Positions 1 to 12,559 of a stretch of DNA of 64,000 nt are shown here, piece by piece. This DNA is from Eledone cirrhosa (lineage: Eukaryota): the NCBI GenBank assembly GCA_964016885.1, contig OZ024762.1, positions 19,902,001 through 19,966,000 of the forward strand. The letters run 5' to 3'. The translations under genes were made by a program, and so were the position numbers. The notes beneath the pieces were generated by a model that was not told the origin of the DNA, made no database searches, and was given only the letters and a program-made list of their open reading frames with translations. Within the stretch, counting starts at the first letter, position 1, and every line of letters starts with the position of its first letter.

Positions 1-10
1 TCTGGCATTG

Positions 11-262
11 CTAGTGATGGTAGAAATTTGGGGACTGCCCATTAAGTAGGGGATCCCAAGACATTTTGACAAAAGAACTAAGACATTTAGGGACTGTGCC
101 TAGTGCCCCAAAGACAATTGACTCAACTTCTGTCTCTATATGGTGATCAGTTCTTATAGCACCTGCAAGGTATGCATACTTATTGATCTTTTCCATTTCA
201 TTTTCAGCCATATTGTGGTCTTGAGGGATTGCAATATCAATTAGAGTCTTTTTTGATCTCAA
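11..262 (-). mobile_element. Fragment of an RLE-type non-LTR retrotransposon (R4/Dong/NeSL-like), restriction-like endonuclease domain
   Basis: The ORF reads LIDIAIPQDHNMAENEMEKINKYAYLAGAI...IVFGALGTVPKCL, matching the IDxxxP...ExEKxxKY...xGALGxxP pattern at the C-terminus of RLE LINEs. Confidence 0.8.
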
Positions 263-284
263 GGGGCCAAAATAACTCTTAATA

Positions 285-1037
285 ACTGTTTCTATTTGTG
301 GCACAAGGCCAGCAATTTTTCCAGTGCATTACTGGTACTTTATTTTATCGACCCAGTAAGGATGAAAGGCAAAGTTAACCTCGGCAGGATTTGAACTCAG
401 ACCATAAAGGGACGTAACTCTATGCTGCAAAAAACATAGCGTCTGACCCTCTACCGATACTACCAATCACCGCCCTTAATAATAATAATTGTTTCTATTT
501 TTGGCACAAGGCCAGCAATTACCCAGTACATTACTGGTACTTTATGTTATCGACCCCGTAAGGATGAAAGGCAAAGTTAACCTCGGCGGGATTTGAACTC
601 AGATCATAAAGGGACGTAACTCTATGCTTCAAAGCATGGCGTCCGACTCTCTACCGATACTGCCAATCCACCGCCCTTAATAATAATAATGTTTTCTGAT
701 TGGCTTATGCACAAGGCCAACATATTTGGGTGAAGGGGAAAGTCAATCAAATCAACCCCAGTACGTTACTGATACTTTATTCTATCGACCCCCGTAAGGA
801 TGAAAGGTAAAGCTAATCTTGGTGGGATTTGAACTCATAGTAATAACACGTAATAATTGTTTCTGCTTTAGGCACAAGGCCAGCAATTACCCCAGAACAT
901 TACTGGTATTTTATTTTATGGACCCCGTAAGGATGACAGGAAAAGTTAACCCCAGTGGGATTTGAACTCAGACTGTGAAGGGCTGTAACTCTATACCACG
1001 AAGCATGTTGTCCGACGCTCTGCCAATCCACCACCCT
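285..1037 (-). mobile_element. Head-to-tail array of four SINE-A copies (tRNA-like head, Nin/Deu-like core, (ATT)n tail)
   Basis: Repeated ~185 bp unit at about 287-478, 489-676, 690-840 and 858-1037. Sense strand has B-box GAGTTCAAATCC, core CTTTGCCTTTCATCCTTACGGGGTCGATAAAATAAAGTACCAG and tail GGCCTTGTGCC..AGAAACAATTATT. Confidence 0.9.
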
Positions 1038-1129
1038 TTGGCTAGTATAAATAATAAACAAGAGCCCCTCCCCATTTCTCTGATTAATATTTCAGCTAGG
1101 GGCTGGTTCCATAAAACCTTAATCCACCC

Positions 1130-1905
1130 CTGTGTGTTTGTATGGGCTTGTGTGTGTGTATGCATGTGTGCTTGTGTGTATGTATGTGCTTGTATGTGCA
1201 TGTGCGCTTGTATATGTTGTGTGTCTGTGTATATATGTGCATGTGTGTGTATGTATATATATATATATATGTGTATGTATGTGTATGTATATGTGTGTGT
1301 AGGTGCATATATATATATGTGTGTATATATATGTATGTATATGTGTCTATATGTGTTTGTGTATGTGCATGTATATATGTGTGTGTATCTATGTATATGT
1401 ATATATGTATGTATGTATCATCATCATCATCATCATCATGATACATATATACATATATATATATATATATGTATGTATGTATGTGTGTGTGTGTATGTAT
1501 GTATATATATATATGTTTATATATGTATGAATGTGTGTATATATATATATATGTCTGTGTGTGTGTATGTATATATATATGTATATATGTATGTATATGT
1601 ATATGTATATATATGTATGTATGTATATGTATATATATATATATGTATGTATGTATATTTATGTATATATGTATGTATGTATATGTGTATGTATATATAT
1701 GTATATATGTATGTATATGTATATGTATATATATATATATGTATGTATGTATATTTATGTATATATGTATGTATGTATATGTGTATGTATATATATATAT
1801 ATATATATGTATGTATATATATATGTATATATATGTATATATATGTATTTATGTATATGTGTATGTATATATATATATGTATATACATATGTATATATGT
1901 ATGTG
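1130..1905. repeat. Compound (TG)/(TA)/(TATG) microsatellite
   Basis: Directly visible; it explains the YVCM/HTHI ORFs. Confidence 0.95.
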
Positions 1906-2137
1906 TACCTGCCACTGACCACAAGTTTGTTCCATTGTCATCATCACTGATGATGATGTGTTATAAAATGGTGGAAACATGAAAAGCCCAGCAGTAATAA
2001 AAGAGTTAAAAGTGTTTTAAATGTTGGCATTAATGTCTCGCGTAATCAACTGAACATTTTTACATTTTAAAACCATCGAACACATTAATGGATGTTAATT
2101 TTTAATTTCATAACAAACGACAATGGCCACCATAAGT

Positions 2138-2946
2138 GCATACATACACACACATACACACATACACACACACACACATACACACACATATACACACACA
2201 TATACACACATAGAGATACACACACATACACACACATATACACACACATATACATACATAGACATACACACACATATACACACACATACACACACATATA
2301 CATACATAGACATACACACACATATACACACACATATACACACATATACACACACATACACACACATATACACACACATACACACACATATACACACACA
2401 TACACACACATATACACACACATACACACATATACACACACACATACACACACACATACATGCACATACACACATACATACACATACACATACACACACA
2501 TACACACACACATACACACACAAATACACACACATACACACACACATACACACACACACATATACACATGCACACATACACACACACACACATATACACA
2601 TGCACACATACACATACATGCACACATACACAAACATGCACACATACACATACATGCACACATACACAAACATGCACACATACACATACATGCACACATA
2701 CACAGATATACAGGCATATATACACACACAGATGCACACATACACATACATGCACACATACACAAACATGCACACATACACATACATGCACACATACACA
2801 GATATACAGGCATATATACACACACAGATGCACACATACACATACATGCACACATACACAAACATGCACACATACACATACATGCACACATACACAGATA
2901 TACAGGCATATATACACACACACAGACACACACACACATGCACACA
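2138..2946. repeat. Compound (CA)/(CATA) microsatellite with local higher-order duplication
   Basis: Directly visible; the block GATATACAGGCATATATACAC recurs three times. Confidence 0.95.
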
Positions 2947-3004
2947 AACTAAATAAAATCAAAATAACAACAATAATATTAGTAATAACAACAACAACAA
3001 CAAT

Positions 3005-3865
3005 AATTGTTTCTACTTTAGGCACAAGGCCAGCAATTACCCCCAGTGCATTACTGGTACTTTATTTTATCGACCCCGTAAGAGATGAAAGGCAAAGTTA
3101 ACCTCGGTGGGATTTGAACTCAGAATGGCAAGGGCCGTAACTCTATGCTGCAAAGCATGGCGTCCGACCTTCTACCGGTACTGCCTAATAATAATAATAC
3201 TAATGATAATAACAATAATGTTATTGATAAGGAAATCATAAAGTACCAGTAATGCACTGGGGCACGTAACTATGCCACAGAGCAGGGTGTCTGACGCTCT
3301 ACTGATTCTGCCAATTCACCGCCCTAATAGTAATACTAAAGATAATAACACTAATTGTTTCTACTTTTGGCACAAGGCCAGCAATAACACCAGTGTATTA
3401 CTGGTACTTTATTTTACCGACCTCGTAAGGATGAAAGGCAAAGTTAACCTCGGCGGGATTTGAACTCAGAATGGCAAGGGCCGTAACTCTATGCTGCAAA
3501 GCATGGCGTCCGACCCTCTCCCAATACTGCCAATCCACCGATAATAACAATAATTTTATTGATAATGAAATCATTAAAAAAGTGTTGCTTGTCAAAAACC
3601 GCCAATAGGTGGAGCAGTAGGCAGGAAAGAAAAAATTGTAGAAAAACAAAAATAATGGCAAAAAAAATGTCATAAAATGAAAGAGGAAGACATGTTTATT
3701 AGTAATGTTTATTGGTAGTGTGTATAATATTGTGGTTTTGTTTATAACGTACTAAAGAATAAAGTATAACTAATAATTGTTTCTACGTTAGGCACAAGGC
3801 CAGCAATTCACCAGTGTATTACTGGTACTTTATTTTATTGACCCCGTAAGGATGAAAGGCAAAGT
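3005..3865 (-). mobile_element. Cluster of SINE-A copies and fragments
   Basis: Copies at about 3008-3185 and 3356-3540, a partial copy at 3778-3865 and fragments at 3240-3325. Confidence 0.9.
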
Positions 3866-4231
3866 ATAACTCATAATAAAACTAATAATGGTTTGTTTTG
3901 ATGAAGTTATAGAAACTGGTTATAAATGAATCAGTGTTGTGTGGAGTGTGTGTGTGTATAGAGTGTGATGTGTATACAGTGTGTGTGTGTGTATAGTGTC
4001 TGTATGTGTATATAGTGTGTGGATGTGTGTATAGTGTCTGTATGTGTATATAGTGTGTGGATGTGTGTATAGTGTATGTATGTGTATATAGTGTGTGGAT
4101 GTGTGTATAGTGTATGTATGTGTGTATAGTGTGTGTGTGTGTATATAGTGTGTGGATGTATATATATTGTGTAATGTGTGTGTGTTTGTGAAAGTTGCAG
4201 CTGTCAGTATTTGTGTTTTTATGTGTGTGTA

Positions 4232-5481
4232 TATGAGCTGTCTGTATGTGTATATATGATCTGTCTGTGTGTGTATATATGAGCTGTCTGTGTGTGTATA
4301 TATGAGCTGTCTGTGTGTGTATATATGAGCTGTCTGTGTGTGTATATATGATCTGTCTGTATGTGTATATATGAGCTGTCTGTATGTGTATATATGATCT
4401 GTCTGTATGTGTGTATATGATCTGTCTGTATGTGTATATATGAGCTGTCTGTATGTGTGTATATGATCTGTCTGTATGTGTATATATGAGCTGTCTGTAT
4501 GTGTGTATATGATCTGTCTGTATGTGTATATATGATCTGTCTGTGTGTGTATATATGAGCTGTCTGTATGTGTATATATGAGCTGTCTGTATGTGTATAT
4601 ATGAGCTGTCTGTATGTGTGTATATGATCTGTCTGTATGTGTATATATGAGCTGTCTGTATGTGTGTATATGATCTGTCTGTATGTGTATATATGATCTG
4701 TCTGTGTGTGTATATATATGAGCTGTCTGTATGTGTATATATGAGCTGTCTGTATGTGTATATATGAGCTGTCTGTATGTGTATATATGAGCTGTCTGTG
4801 TGTGTATATATGAGCTGTCTGTATGTGTGTATATGATCTGTCTGTATGTGTATATATGAGCTGTCTGTATGTGTGTATATGATCTGTCTGTATGTGTATA
4901 TATGATCTGTCTGTGTGTGTATATATGAGCTGTCTGTATGTGTATATATGAGCTGTCTGTATGTGTATATATGAGCTGTCTGTATGTGTATATATGAGCT
5001 GTCTGTATGTGTGTATATGATCTGTCTGTATGTGTATATATGAGCTGTCTGTATGTGTATATATGAGCTGTCTGTATGTGTATATATGAGCTGTCTGTAT
5101 GTGTATATATGAGCTGTCTGTGTGTGTATATATGAGCTGTCTGTATGTGTATATATGAGCTGTCTGTGTGTGTATATATGAGCTGTCTGTATGTGTATAT
5201 ATGTGCTGTCTGTATGTGTATATATGTGCTGTCTGTATGTGTATATATGAGCTGTCTGTATGTGTATATATGAGCTGTCTGTATGTGTATATATGAGCTG
5301 TTTGTATGTGTATATATGTGCTGTCTGTATGTGTATATATGATCTGTCTGTGTGTGTATATATGAGCTGTCTGTGTGTGTATGTATGAGCTGTCTGTATG
5401 TGTATATATGAGCTGTCTGTATGTGTATATATGTGCTGTCTGTATGTGTATATATGTGCTGTCTGTATGTGTATATATGAG
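4232..5481. repeat. 23-bp minisatellite ATGA(G/T)CTGTCTGTATGTGTATAT
   Basis: Period of 23 (for example 4741 and 4764); about 54 copies. Confidence 0.95.
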
Positions 5482-5722
5482 TAATGTGAATGCTATGTGA
5501 GATAATTATGTGAGATAAAGCCTTTACCGTGAAAATACTATAGTATATATAGAGTAATGTGAATGCTATGTGAGATAATTATGTGAGATAAAGCCTTTAC
5601 CGTGAAAATACAATAGTATATATAGAGTAATGTGAATGCTATGTGAGATATTATGTGAGATAAAGCCTTTACCGTGAAAATACAATAGTATATATAGAGT
5701 AATGTGAATGCTAAAGGTTTAA
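5479..5722 (+). repeat. 73-bp tandem repeat (about 3.3 copies) derived from the right end of the piggyBac-type MITE
   Basis: Unit starts at 5479, 5552, 5625 and 5697. It matches 8183-8266 and ends in GAATGCTAAAGGTTTAA. Confidence 0.85.
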
Positions 5723-5814
5723 ACGTATGAAACTGTTTATACTAAACAAGCTCTCTTCCAACAGATCGAGAACTGTTTTCCTTAATCTTTCATTTACGGA
5801 TTTCTACCAACGTA

Positions 5815-5818
5815 TCAT

Positions 5819-5849
<31 letters not shown>

Positions 5850-6135
5850 GATTAACATCTGTCTTCCACACTAGCATGGGTTAGACGGGTCCCATTTAGA
5901 GGCAAGTTGGGTCAGGGGACCGTGTCTCATTCATACAAGGGTGTTTCTGGATGCTTTTCTTACACCAACCACGTTTACAGTGTGGACTGGGAGGTTTTTG
6001 CCGTGTTACCTACACGGCCACATTACAGCATGGACTGTGTTTTTTTTTTTTTGTCGTGACACCTACACAACGTCATTTATTTAGGACTGGATGTTGTGGT
6101 ACCAACATAACTTTACAGAGAAAGGGGTGGTCTTG
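5815..6135 (-). mobile_element. RTE LINE 3'-UTR fragment (type iii tail) with (GAT)n end
   Basis: Homologous to the reverse complement of 52195-52500 and to 27435-27725. Confidence 0.75.
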
Positions 6136-6298
6136 ATATATATATGTATACATTTAGGTTTGTTGTTCACCACTGGATAGAACTGGTCGTTCCGTATAGT
6201 CAACCATGATGTAATATTAGGAAAATCACTCAACGTTATGCAACTTATCCAATTTGGTTTATGTTTAATCCTGTTGGCGGTGCAATAACGGAGTTAAT

Positions 6299-6616
6299 TA
6301 TTATTGAGTAAAACAAGAGGAGGCCGGACTGGTGAAATTCCTTCAAAGATTTATTATAGCCAATATTATGCACATTGAAGGTGGTCAACCAGACTGGCAA
6401 CAGCTGGCCTTGACCGCTTTCGAGTCTTAAACATTTCTCTCTGCTTTTTAGCCTCTTGGATTGTGTTTACCATTATTCCTTTATTATATAACTTTTATGC
6501 AATAAACACCTGATGATGTCACCAGGATCTTACAGAACTTGGTCATTGAGATGTTATAATAAATCTTTGAAGGAATTTCACCAGTTCTCGGTCTCCTGTC
6601 ATTTTAACCAATAATA
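6299..6616. mobile_element. Penelope-like pLTR remnant with inverted arms
   Basis: Arms at about 6299-6360 and 6553-6616 (CTGGTGAAATTCCTTCAAAGATTTATTATA / TATAATAAATCTTTGAAGGAATTTCACCAG). A decayed CTGATGA...GAGA core lies at 6510-6551 and a (TA)n tract abuts it. Confidence 0.55.
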
Positions 6617-6647
6617 TATATATATAGATATATATATATAGGGAGAG

Positions 6648-6990
6648 AGAGGCACATGGCTTAGTGGTTAGAGCATTGGCCTTGCAATCGAAAGGTTGTG
6701 AGTTCAATTCTCAGACCGGGTGATGTGTTGTGTCCTTGAGCAAGACACTTTATTTCACATTGCTCCAGTTTACTCAGCTGTAGAAATGAGATGATAGGGG
6801 CTGGGGTACATATCATTCCACTGCAAAGTGGTCGTGAAGGTGCCACGGCAAAAAAGCACCCAGCACTCACTGTAAATGAGGTTGGTGTTAGGAAGGGCAT
6901 CCAGCTGAAGAAATCAAGCCAGAATCAGTTCCCGTCCCACCCTTGCAAGCAGGGAAAAGCAGACGTAAAATGAAATGATGATGATGATAT
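6648..6990 (+). mobile_element. SINE-B (tRNA-like head, CORE-like segment, RTE-derived body and tail)
   Basis: A-box TGGCTTAGTGG, B-box GAGTTCAATTC, then CCTTGAGCAAGACACTT, AGGAAGGGCATCCAGC and tail CCCACCCTTGCAAGCAGGGAAAAG..(GAT)n. Confidence 0.9.
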
Positions 6991-7514
6991 ATTGACCTGT
7001 AATAATCGCATATGATGTGTCTGCCTTAGGCATGTGTGGATTTTTGGAAAGAGTAAATGAGATTCTCTAATGATATGTTGAATCATGTCACTTTTATACA
7101 TGTTTATTAGATGTCAGTGAATATTGTAATGGAAGAAATGGCAGTGAATCACAGATACAGACAGAGAGAGAGAGACAGACACGTCAGAAGAGAGAGAGAG
7201 AGCAACAGACATGCCATGATAGAGAGGGGGGAAAGAGAGAGAGTGACACACATGCCATTGACAGAGAGAGAGAGAGAGAGACATACAGACAGACAGAGAG
7301 AGAGTGAGCGACAGGCATGCCATGACAGAGGGAGAGGGGGGAGAGTGAAACACATGCCATTGACAGAGAGAGAGAGAGTGATACATATGCCATGACAGAG
7401 AGAGAGAGTGTGACAGACATGCCACATGCCACAGGCTTTGGTTTGCCCATCCACTAATTAACTCATAATATCCTGTAATGATTTAGCAGTAAATATCTAA
7501 AACCGGTTAATTGA

Positions 7515-7990
7515 TTCAAATATTTATAGTATTTTTACTAGTTGATAAATTGTTGTGAAAATTTGCAGTAAACTACACTACAAAAACTTGAAACTTTCTG
7601 TGGTTTGTTAAGTCAAATGTTTATAATATATTTACTAGTGGACACAGTATTGTGAAAATTTGCAGTAAACTACACTGTAAAAACTTAAAACTTTGTGTGG
7701 TTTGTTAATTCAAATGTTTATAGTATCTTTTCTAGTGGACTACACTGTAAAAACTTAAAATTTCATGTGGTTGTTAATTCAAATGTTTATAGTGGACACA
7801 GTGTTGTGAAAATTCGCAGTAAACTACACTAAAAGCTAGACATTTTTAATGTGATGTGGTCATAGTGCTGTTTTGTATTTTCAAGAATGTCTTGCTAATG
7901 TGGTTTTATGTAGTTTGTTAACTCAAATGTTTATAGTACCTTTACTAGTAGACAGATTGTTGTGAAATTTTGTGGTAAACTGAAATAAAG
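7515..7990 (+). repeat. Degenerate ~95-bp tandem repeat; an inverted homologue lies at about 16630-16910
   Basis: Recurrent TCAAATGTTTATAGT..ACTAGTGGACACAG..TGTGAAAATTTGCAGTAAACT..GTGGTTTGTTAA. Confidence 0.7.
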
Positions 7991-8052
7991 GGATTTTGTA
8001 ATATAGTTAACTTTTTTTCATTATTAATCTAATGTTTGGAGCATAACTTTAA

Positions 8053-8262
8053 CCCTTTAGTGTTCAAACCGGCCAGAATTCTCTACCTCTTTCTGTTGAA
8101 ACTGGCTGTAACTGGCCACTCATACTGATGTTAAGGTATTATTCTCAAAATAAATACTTTCAAAATCTCATAGATTCGATATTATGTGAGATAATTATGT
8201 GAGGTAAAGCCTTTACCATGAAAATATAATAGTATATATAGAGTAATGTGAATGCTAAAGGG
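8053..8262. mobile_element. piggyBac-type MITE (210 bp)
   Basis: TTAA|CCCTTTAG ... CTAAAGGG|TTAA gives terminal inverted repeats with a TTAA target-site duplication at 8049-8052 and 8263-8266. Confidence 0.8.
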
Positions 8263-8354
8263 TTAAAAAAAATTCTTACATAAAATTGTGATGGAAGTTT
8301 TTGTTTTAGAAAATATAAGCATTTAAAAAAAACAATTTTGTACCATAAATCTAG

Positions 8355-8504
8355 GGATAGTTTGCTATCAGAAATGTTAAACATGGTAAAGCCAAGTGTG
8401 AGGAGAGCTGATTTCTTCCAGAAAAAGAAAGATGTGAGCTCTAACAACTTGAGCTCTGCTTTATCCAAGGTAGATATCTTCCTGATACCAACCCATACTT
8501 TTCA
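8355..8504 (+). CDS. Putative internal exon of an unidentified gene
   Basis: ctag| acceptor, 150 nt open reading DSLLSEMLNMVKPSVRRADFFQKKKDVSSNNLSSALSKVDIFLIPTHTF, donor CA|gtaagg (alternative AAG|gtagat after 8469). Confidence 0.4.
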
Positions 8505-8659
8505 GTAAGGTAAGAGATGTACCAATTTAACCATGTTTTGGAGGCGAAAGAGACAAACAAACACATACATACATCTTGAAACCGATCATTAAAGAATTAC
8601 CAAGATTGGAGATACTACTACTACTACTACTACTACATCACCACCACCACCACCACCAT

Positions 8660-9230
8660 CATCATCATCATTATTTAACATCCATTTTCCACGCTAGCAT
8701 TGGGTAGGCAAGTTACCCAGTTGTGAGACAAGCCAGATCCGATGACCATGACTTACTCATGCAGGACTGGTTTTGGCTTTGTTTCTACAGCTGGATGCCC
8801 TTCCTAACACCAACCACATTTACATTGTGTCCTTTTTGTCATGACACCTACACGACCACTTTACAGTGTGGGCTGGTTGCATTTTGTCATGACACCTACA
8901 CGACCACTTTACAGTGTGATCTGGTTGCATTTTGTCGTGACACCTACACGACCACTTTACAGTGTGATCTGGTTGCATTTTGTCGTGACACCTACACGAC
9001 CACTTTACAGTGTGGGCTGGTTGCATTTTATCGTGACACCTACACGACCACTTTACAGTGTGGGCTGGGTGCTTTTTGTTGTGACACCTACACGACCACT
9101 TTACAGTGTGGACTGGGTGCTTTTTGTTGTGACACCTGCACGACCACTTTACAGTGTGGGCTGGGTGCTTTTTGTTGTGACACCTGCACGACCACTTTAC
9201 AGTGTGGACTGGATGCTCTTTGTTTTGACA
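8660..9230 (-). mobile_element. RTE 3'-UTR-derived element containing a 48-bp tandem array (about 8 copies, 8835-9230)
   Basis: Unit GACACCTACACGACCACTTTACAGTGTGGGCTGGTTGCATTTTGTCGT, joined to GGATGCCCTTCCTAACACCAACC and a (CAT)n tail. Confidence 0.85.
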
Positions 9231-9462
9231 CTTTACTGCCAGAAACTCCTGTCTCACCTCCTCTTCCACACACGTGTCATTGCATATCTGGCACCACCTA
9301 TACACCAATTTGATTACACTTTGCAGTTGATCATCATTGTTTTCATATCGGAAGTGGTAGTGAGTCATAGCGATTTTACAGAGTGTACGTGGTGTATTTT
9401 GTCATGTTGCCACCACTAAGTGGGAGGAGGGGGCGTAACTACTTTACAGATAATTACTTTAG

Positions 9463-9558
9463 CTCAAGATGCTGGGGTGGAGCATGGTGCAGAAAAGATT
9501 GGGAAGCGCTACTGGTGTATATGCTACGAGACAGAGAAACCGACCATAGCGTGCTAAG
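9463..9558 (+). CDS. Putative internal exon (phase 2-2)
   Basis: ctttag| SRCWGGAWCRKDWEALLVYMLRDRETDHSVL AG|gtttgt; a GC-richer unique island. Confidence 0.35.
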
Positions 9559-9841
9559 GTTTGTGCAACAAACAGCGAGGAATGAAACTGCAGTTTAAAT
9601 GATAACAAAATCAATGTGTTTTTATTGAGACTCCATGGAAAGTTGCGTGAGAGGGAGGGGTCATTATCACTATTATTATGAATATAGAATGACCAGCAAT
9701 CTAAATAATCTAACATATTGATCATATTGATCATGATAATAATAATAATAATAAAAATATTTAGCAATATCAGCTAGTATTGATTTCTTTGCTATTGATC
9801 ACAAGGCAATAATTTTATTATTTTCTCTTTATGAGGAGTAT

Positions 9842-9875
<34 letters not shown>

Positions 9876-9927
9876 GTGTGTGTGTGTGTATATATATATA
9901 TATGTGTGTGTATGTGTATATATACAT

Positions 9928-10001
<74 letters not shown>

Positions 10002-10031
10002 ATGTGTGTGCGTATATATATATATGTATGA

Positions 10032-10064
<33 letters not shown>

Positions 10065-10094
10065 ATATACATTATATATATATATATACACATA

Positions 10095-10135
<41 letters not shown>

Positions 10136-10215
10136 TGTGTGTGTATATATATATATGTATGATGTGTGTGTGTGTGTATGTGTATATATACATTATATAT
10201 ATATATATACACATA

Positions 10216-10246
<31 letters not shown>

Positions 10247-10312
10247 GTATGATGTGTGTGTGTGTATATATATATATGTATGATGTGTGTGTGTGTATGT
10301 GTATATATACAT

Positions 10313-10343
<31 letters not shown>

Positions 10344-10383
10344 TGTGTGTATATATATATATATATCTCTACATATGCTGTAG

Positions 10384-10437
10384 TCAATATAGTTTATCAA
10401 CTGAGTGGAATGAGGTGCAGAGGAAGAGGGGGCAGAG
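10384..10437 (+). CDS. Putative internal exon (phase 2-2)
   Basis: ctgtag| [19 protein letters not shown]|gtgaag. Confidence 0.3.
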
Positions 10438-10974
10438 GTGAAGCTGACCTCAGCAGGATCTGATGTCAAAAACAAGAGATTCTCATCTTTCATGTCTAGA
10501 TATAAATGGAAAATATCACACTCACAGTTATACTCTTTTTTTTGTTCATTATTTAACTTTCTTTCACTCCTGTCCCCTTTTTTCCTCTCTCTTTTCTCTC
10601 TTCCTGTTTTCTTTTTTAGATACTTTCATTATTGAATCTTTCTGTTTGGTATTTTTACTTATTTCTAAAATTCAGAACTGAAACTACAGTCAAACAATGG
10701 GTCTAGAAGACTCTTCTGCTGTATCAAGAGCACAGCAACCTCTCTTGTGTGGGCACCACGATAAAACACGCCACGTACACTCTGTAAAGTTGTTGGTGAT
10801 AGAATAGGATGGACATTTAGCCATGGGAAATGTGTCAAGGACACAAGAACCTCTCTAGTGTTGGTACCTCGATAAAATACACCAAGTACACTCTGTAAAG
10901 TAGTTTGTAACAGGATAGGATGGACATTTGGTCATGGAAAACATATCAAACAATGGGTCATGTGGTCTCTTCAG

Positions 10975-11018
10975 TTGTATCAAGGGATGGATGGAGAGGA
11001 CATTACCCCCGGAGGATG
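10975..11018 (+). CDS. Putative internal exon (phase 2-1)
   Basis: tctcttcag| CIKGWMERTLPPED G|gtgagt, a consensus donor. Confidence 0.35.
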
Positions 11019-12280
11019 GTGAGTCAGTCAGCCTCATGTTCCTGGTGAACAGGATGGAGAAGACATTTCCCAAGAGCATGGCGAGGAAGACATGCTGAAA
11101 CAGCCACTCCACCTAACTCTGCTCTGATAGTTGATAAGTAGGGTTGTGGACTGGGGGCCTTGAACACCAGAAGTGCCTACTGCCACAGGCTCAAACACAA
11201 ACATACCAAAGAGCAGAACAATTTTAGTAAATCCTTCAAAATTGTAATTATTTCATTACTAAGAAAGTAGTTTTCACACCATGGTTCTCATATAAGGAAA
11301 CTCCTGTTGATGATGCTGGCTTTTTTAAAGCAAGAAATAAACATATTTTAATTGATATGTTGTAACATATCAACATACTTCTTTGCTATTCTCTGCCTCC
11401 TCCTCCAGCCACACAGCCACCAGCCACACAGCTCACCAACCACCCAGCTAATTCACCACTATGCAACCGCCCAGCATGCCACCCAACCACAACTAACTCA
11501 CCTACTAGCTACCCACCCAACTAACCCCTACCGCCAACCAACCACACCAACCACCCAAATTACTAACCCACCTGCCAACAAACCAGCCACCCTACCAACC
11601 ATCTAACCCAACATCCACTTCACTACCAACCACCCGTCCTCTTAGCCCACCAACCAACCAACCACTCACCTCGCTACCCAACCACCCACCTCACTACCCA
11701 ACCAGCCATCTTCCTAGCCCACCAACCAACAAACCACTCAGCCAACCAACTACCCACACACCAGCCAACCACCTAGCTCTCCAATCACCCACCCAACCAA
11801 CCACCTCTACAACAGCCACCCTCTTTTGAATAAATATTTCCAGGGAGGCGGGTAGATTTGTATTGTTCTTTTGTATTTTCCTTTTTTTTCCTTTTTTAAT
11901 TTTTTATTTTTTATTTTTTCAAATGAATCTCTATTAAAAACAACCACAACAATAACAACAACAACCATAACAACCACCACAATAACAACAACAACCACAA
12001 CATTTTGTTGTGTTATTTTCTTCTGGAAGGTTTCCAAACCACTTTCATCATTTTAATAAGCAATTAATGGAAATCAATCAGAAACGGCTCCCCTCCCTTT
12101 TTAGGGGGGTGGGGCACCTCTCTCCCCCCTGTGGCTCTACCCTGCCACACACACTGCCTGCCCTTGTTTTTACACACACATATTGTTTTCACACATTCCA
12201 GCACTAAGCTGCCTTTTATTTCATTACTACTACAACTACTACAATTACTACTACTATTACTACTACTACTACTACTACTA

Positions 12281-12382
12281 TCATGACCATGCACCTGTAG
12301 GCTGGTTAATTTGAGGAGGAGAGGGGTGCCCTCCAAGCGAAGCATTGGGTGGTTCAGGATTGGTGGGGTACCTGAGTCGCTC
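12281..12382 (-). CDS. Possible exon on the minus strand
   Basis: tttcccccacccag| ERLRYPTNPEPPNASLGGHPSPPQINQPTGAWS*, with an internal donor option CAG|gtgcat. Confidence 0.25.
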   Translation of the reverse strand, partial: ERLRYPTNPEPPNASLGGHPSPPQINQPTGAWS

Positions 12383-12559
12383 CTGGGTGGGGGAAATTTA
12401 TTTTATTTTTATACATATTTTATTTTTATATTTTTTTCATTGTTAAATTGGTTTTGTTCTTGTGCATTTTCACTCGACCTTATTGTAAACCCCCCACTGT
12501 CCTAGTCTTCGTAGTGTCCCCTACATGTTGGCCCTTGTGGCTAATAAATGAAATCATTA

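Noticed and set aside
975-3101. Long YVCM/HTHI ORFs here and throughout the window
   Set aside because: They are translations of dinucleotide microsatellites and are open in several frames on both strands.
3598-3620. CCAAT/CTCF-like motif CCGCCAATAGGTGGAGCAG as a promoter or insulator
   Set aside because: A single short imperfect match with no supporting evidence.
6650-6725. tRNA genes
   Set aside because: The A/B boxes belong to SINE heads that continue into SINE bodies, and I found no convincing cloverleaf.
8470-9530. GH38 alpha-mannosidase-like motif (VDIFLIPTHT..QDAGW)
   Set aside because: It needs a frameshift, lacks the exact HxHxD motif, and the downstream sequence does not continue the match.
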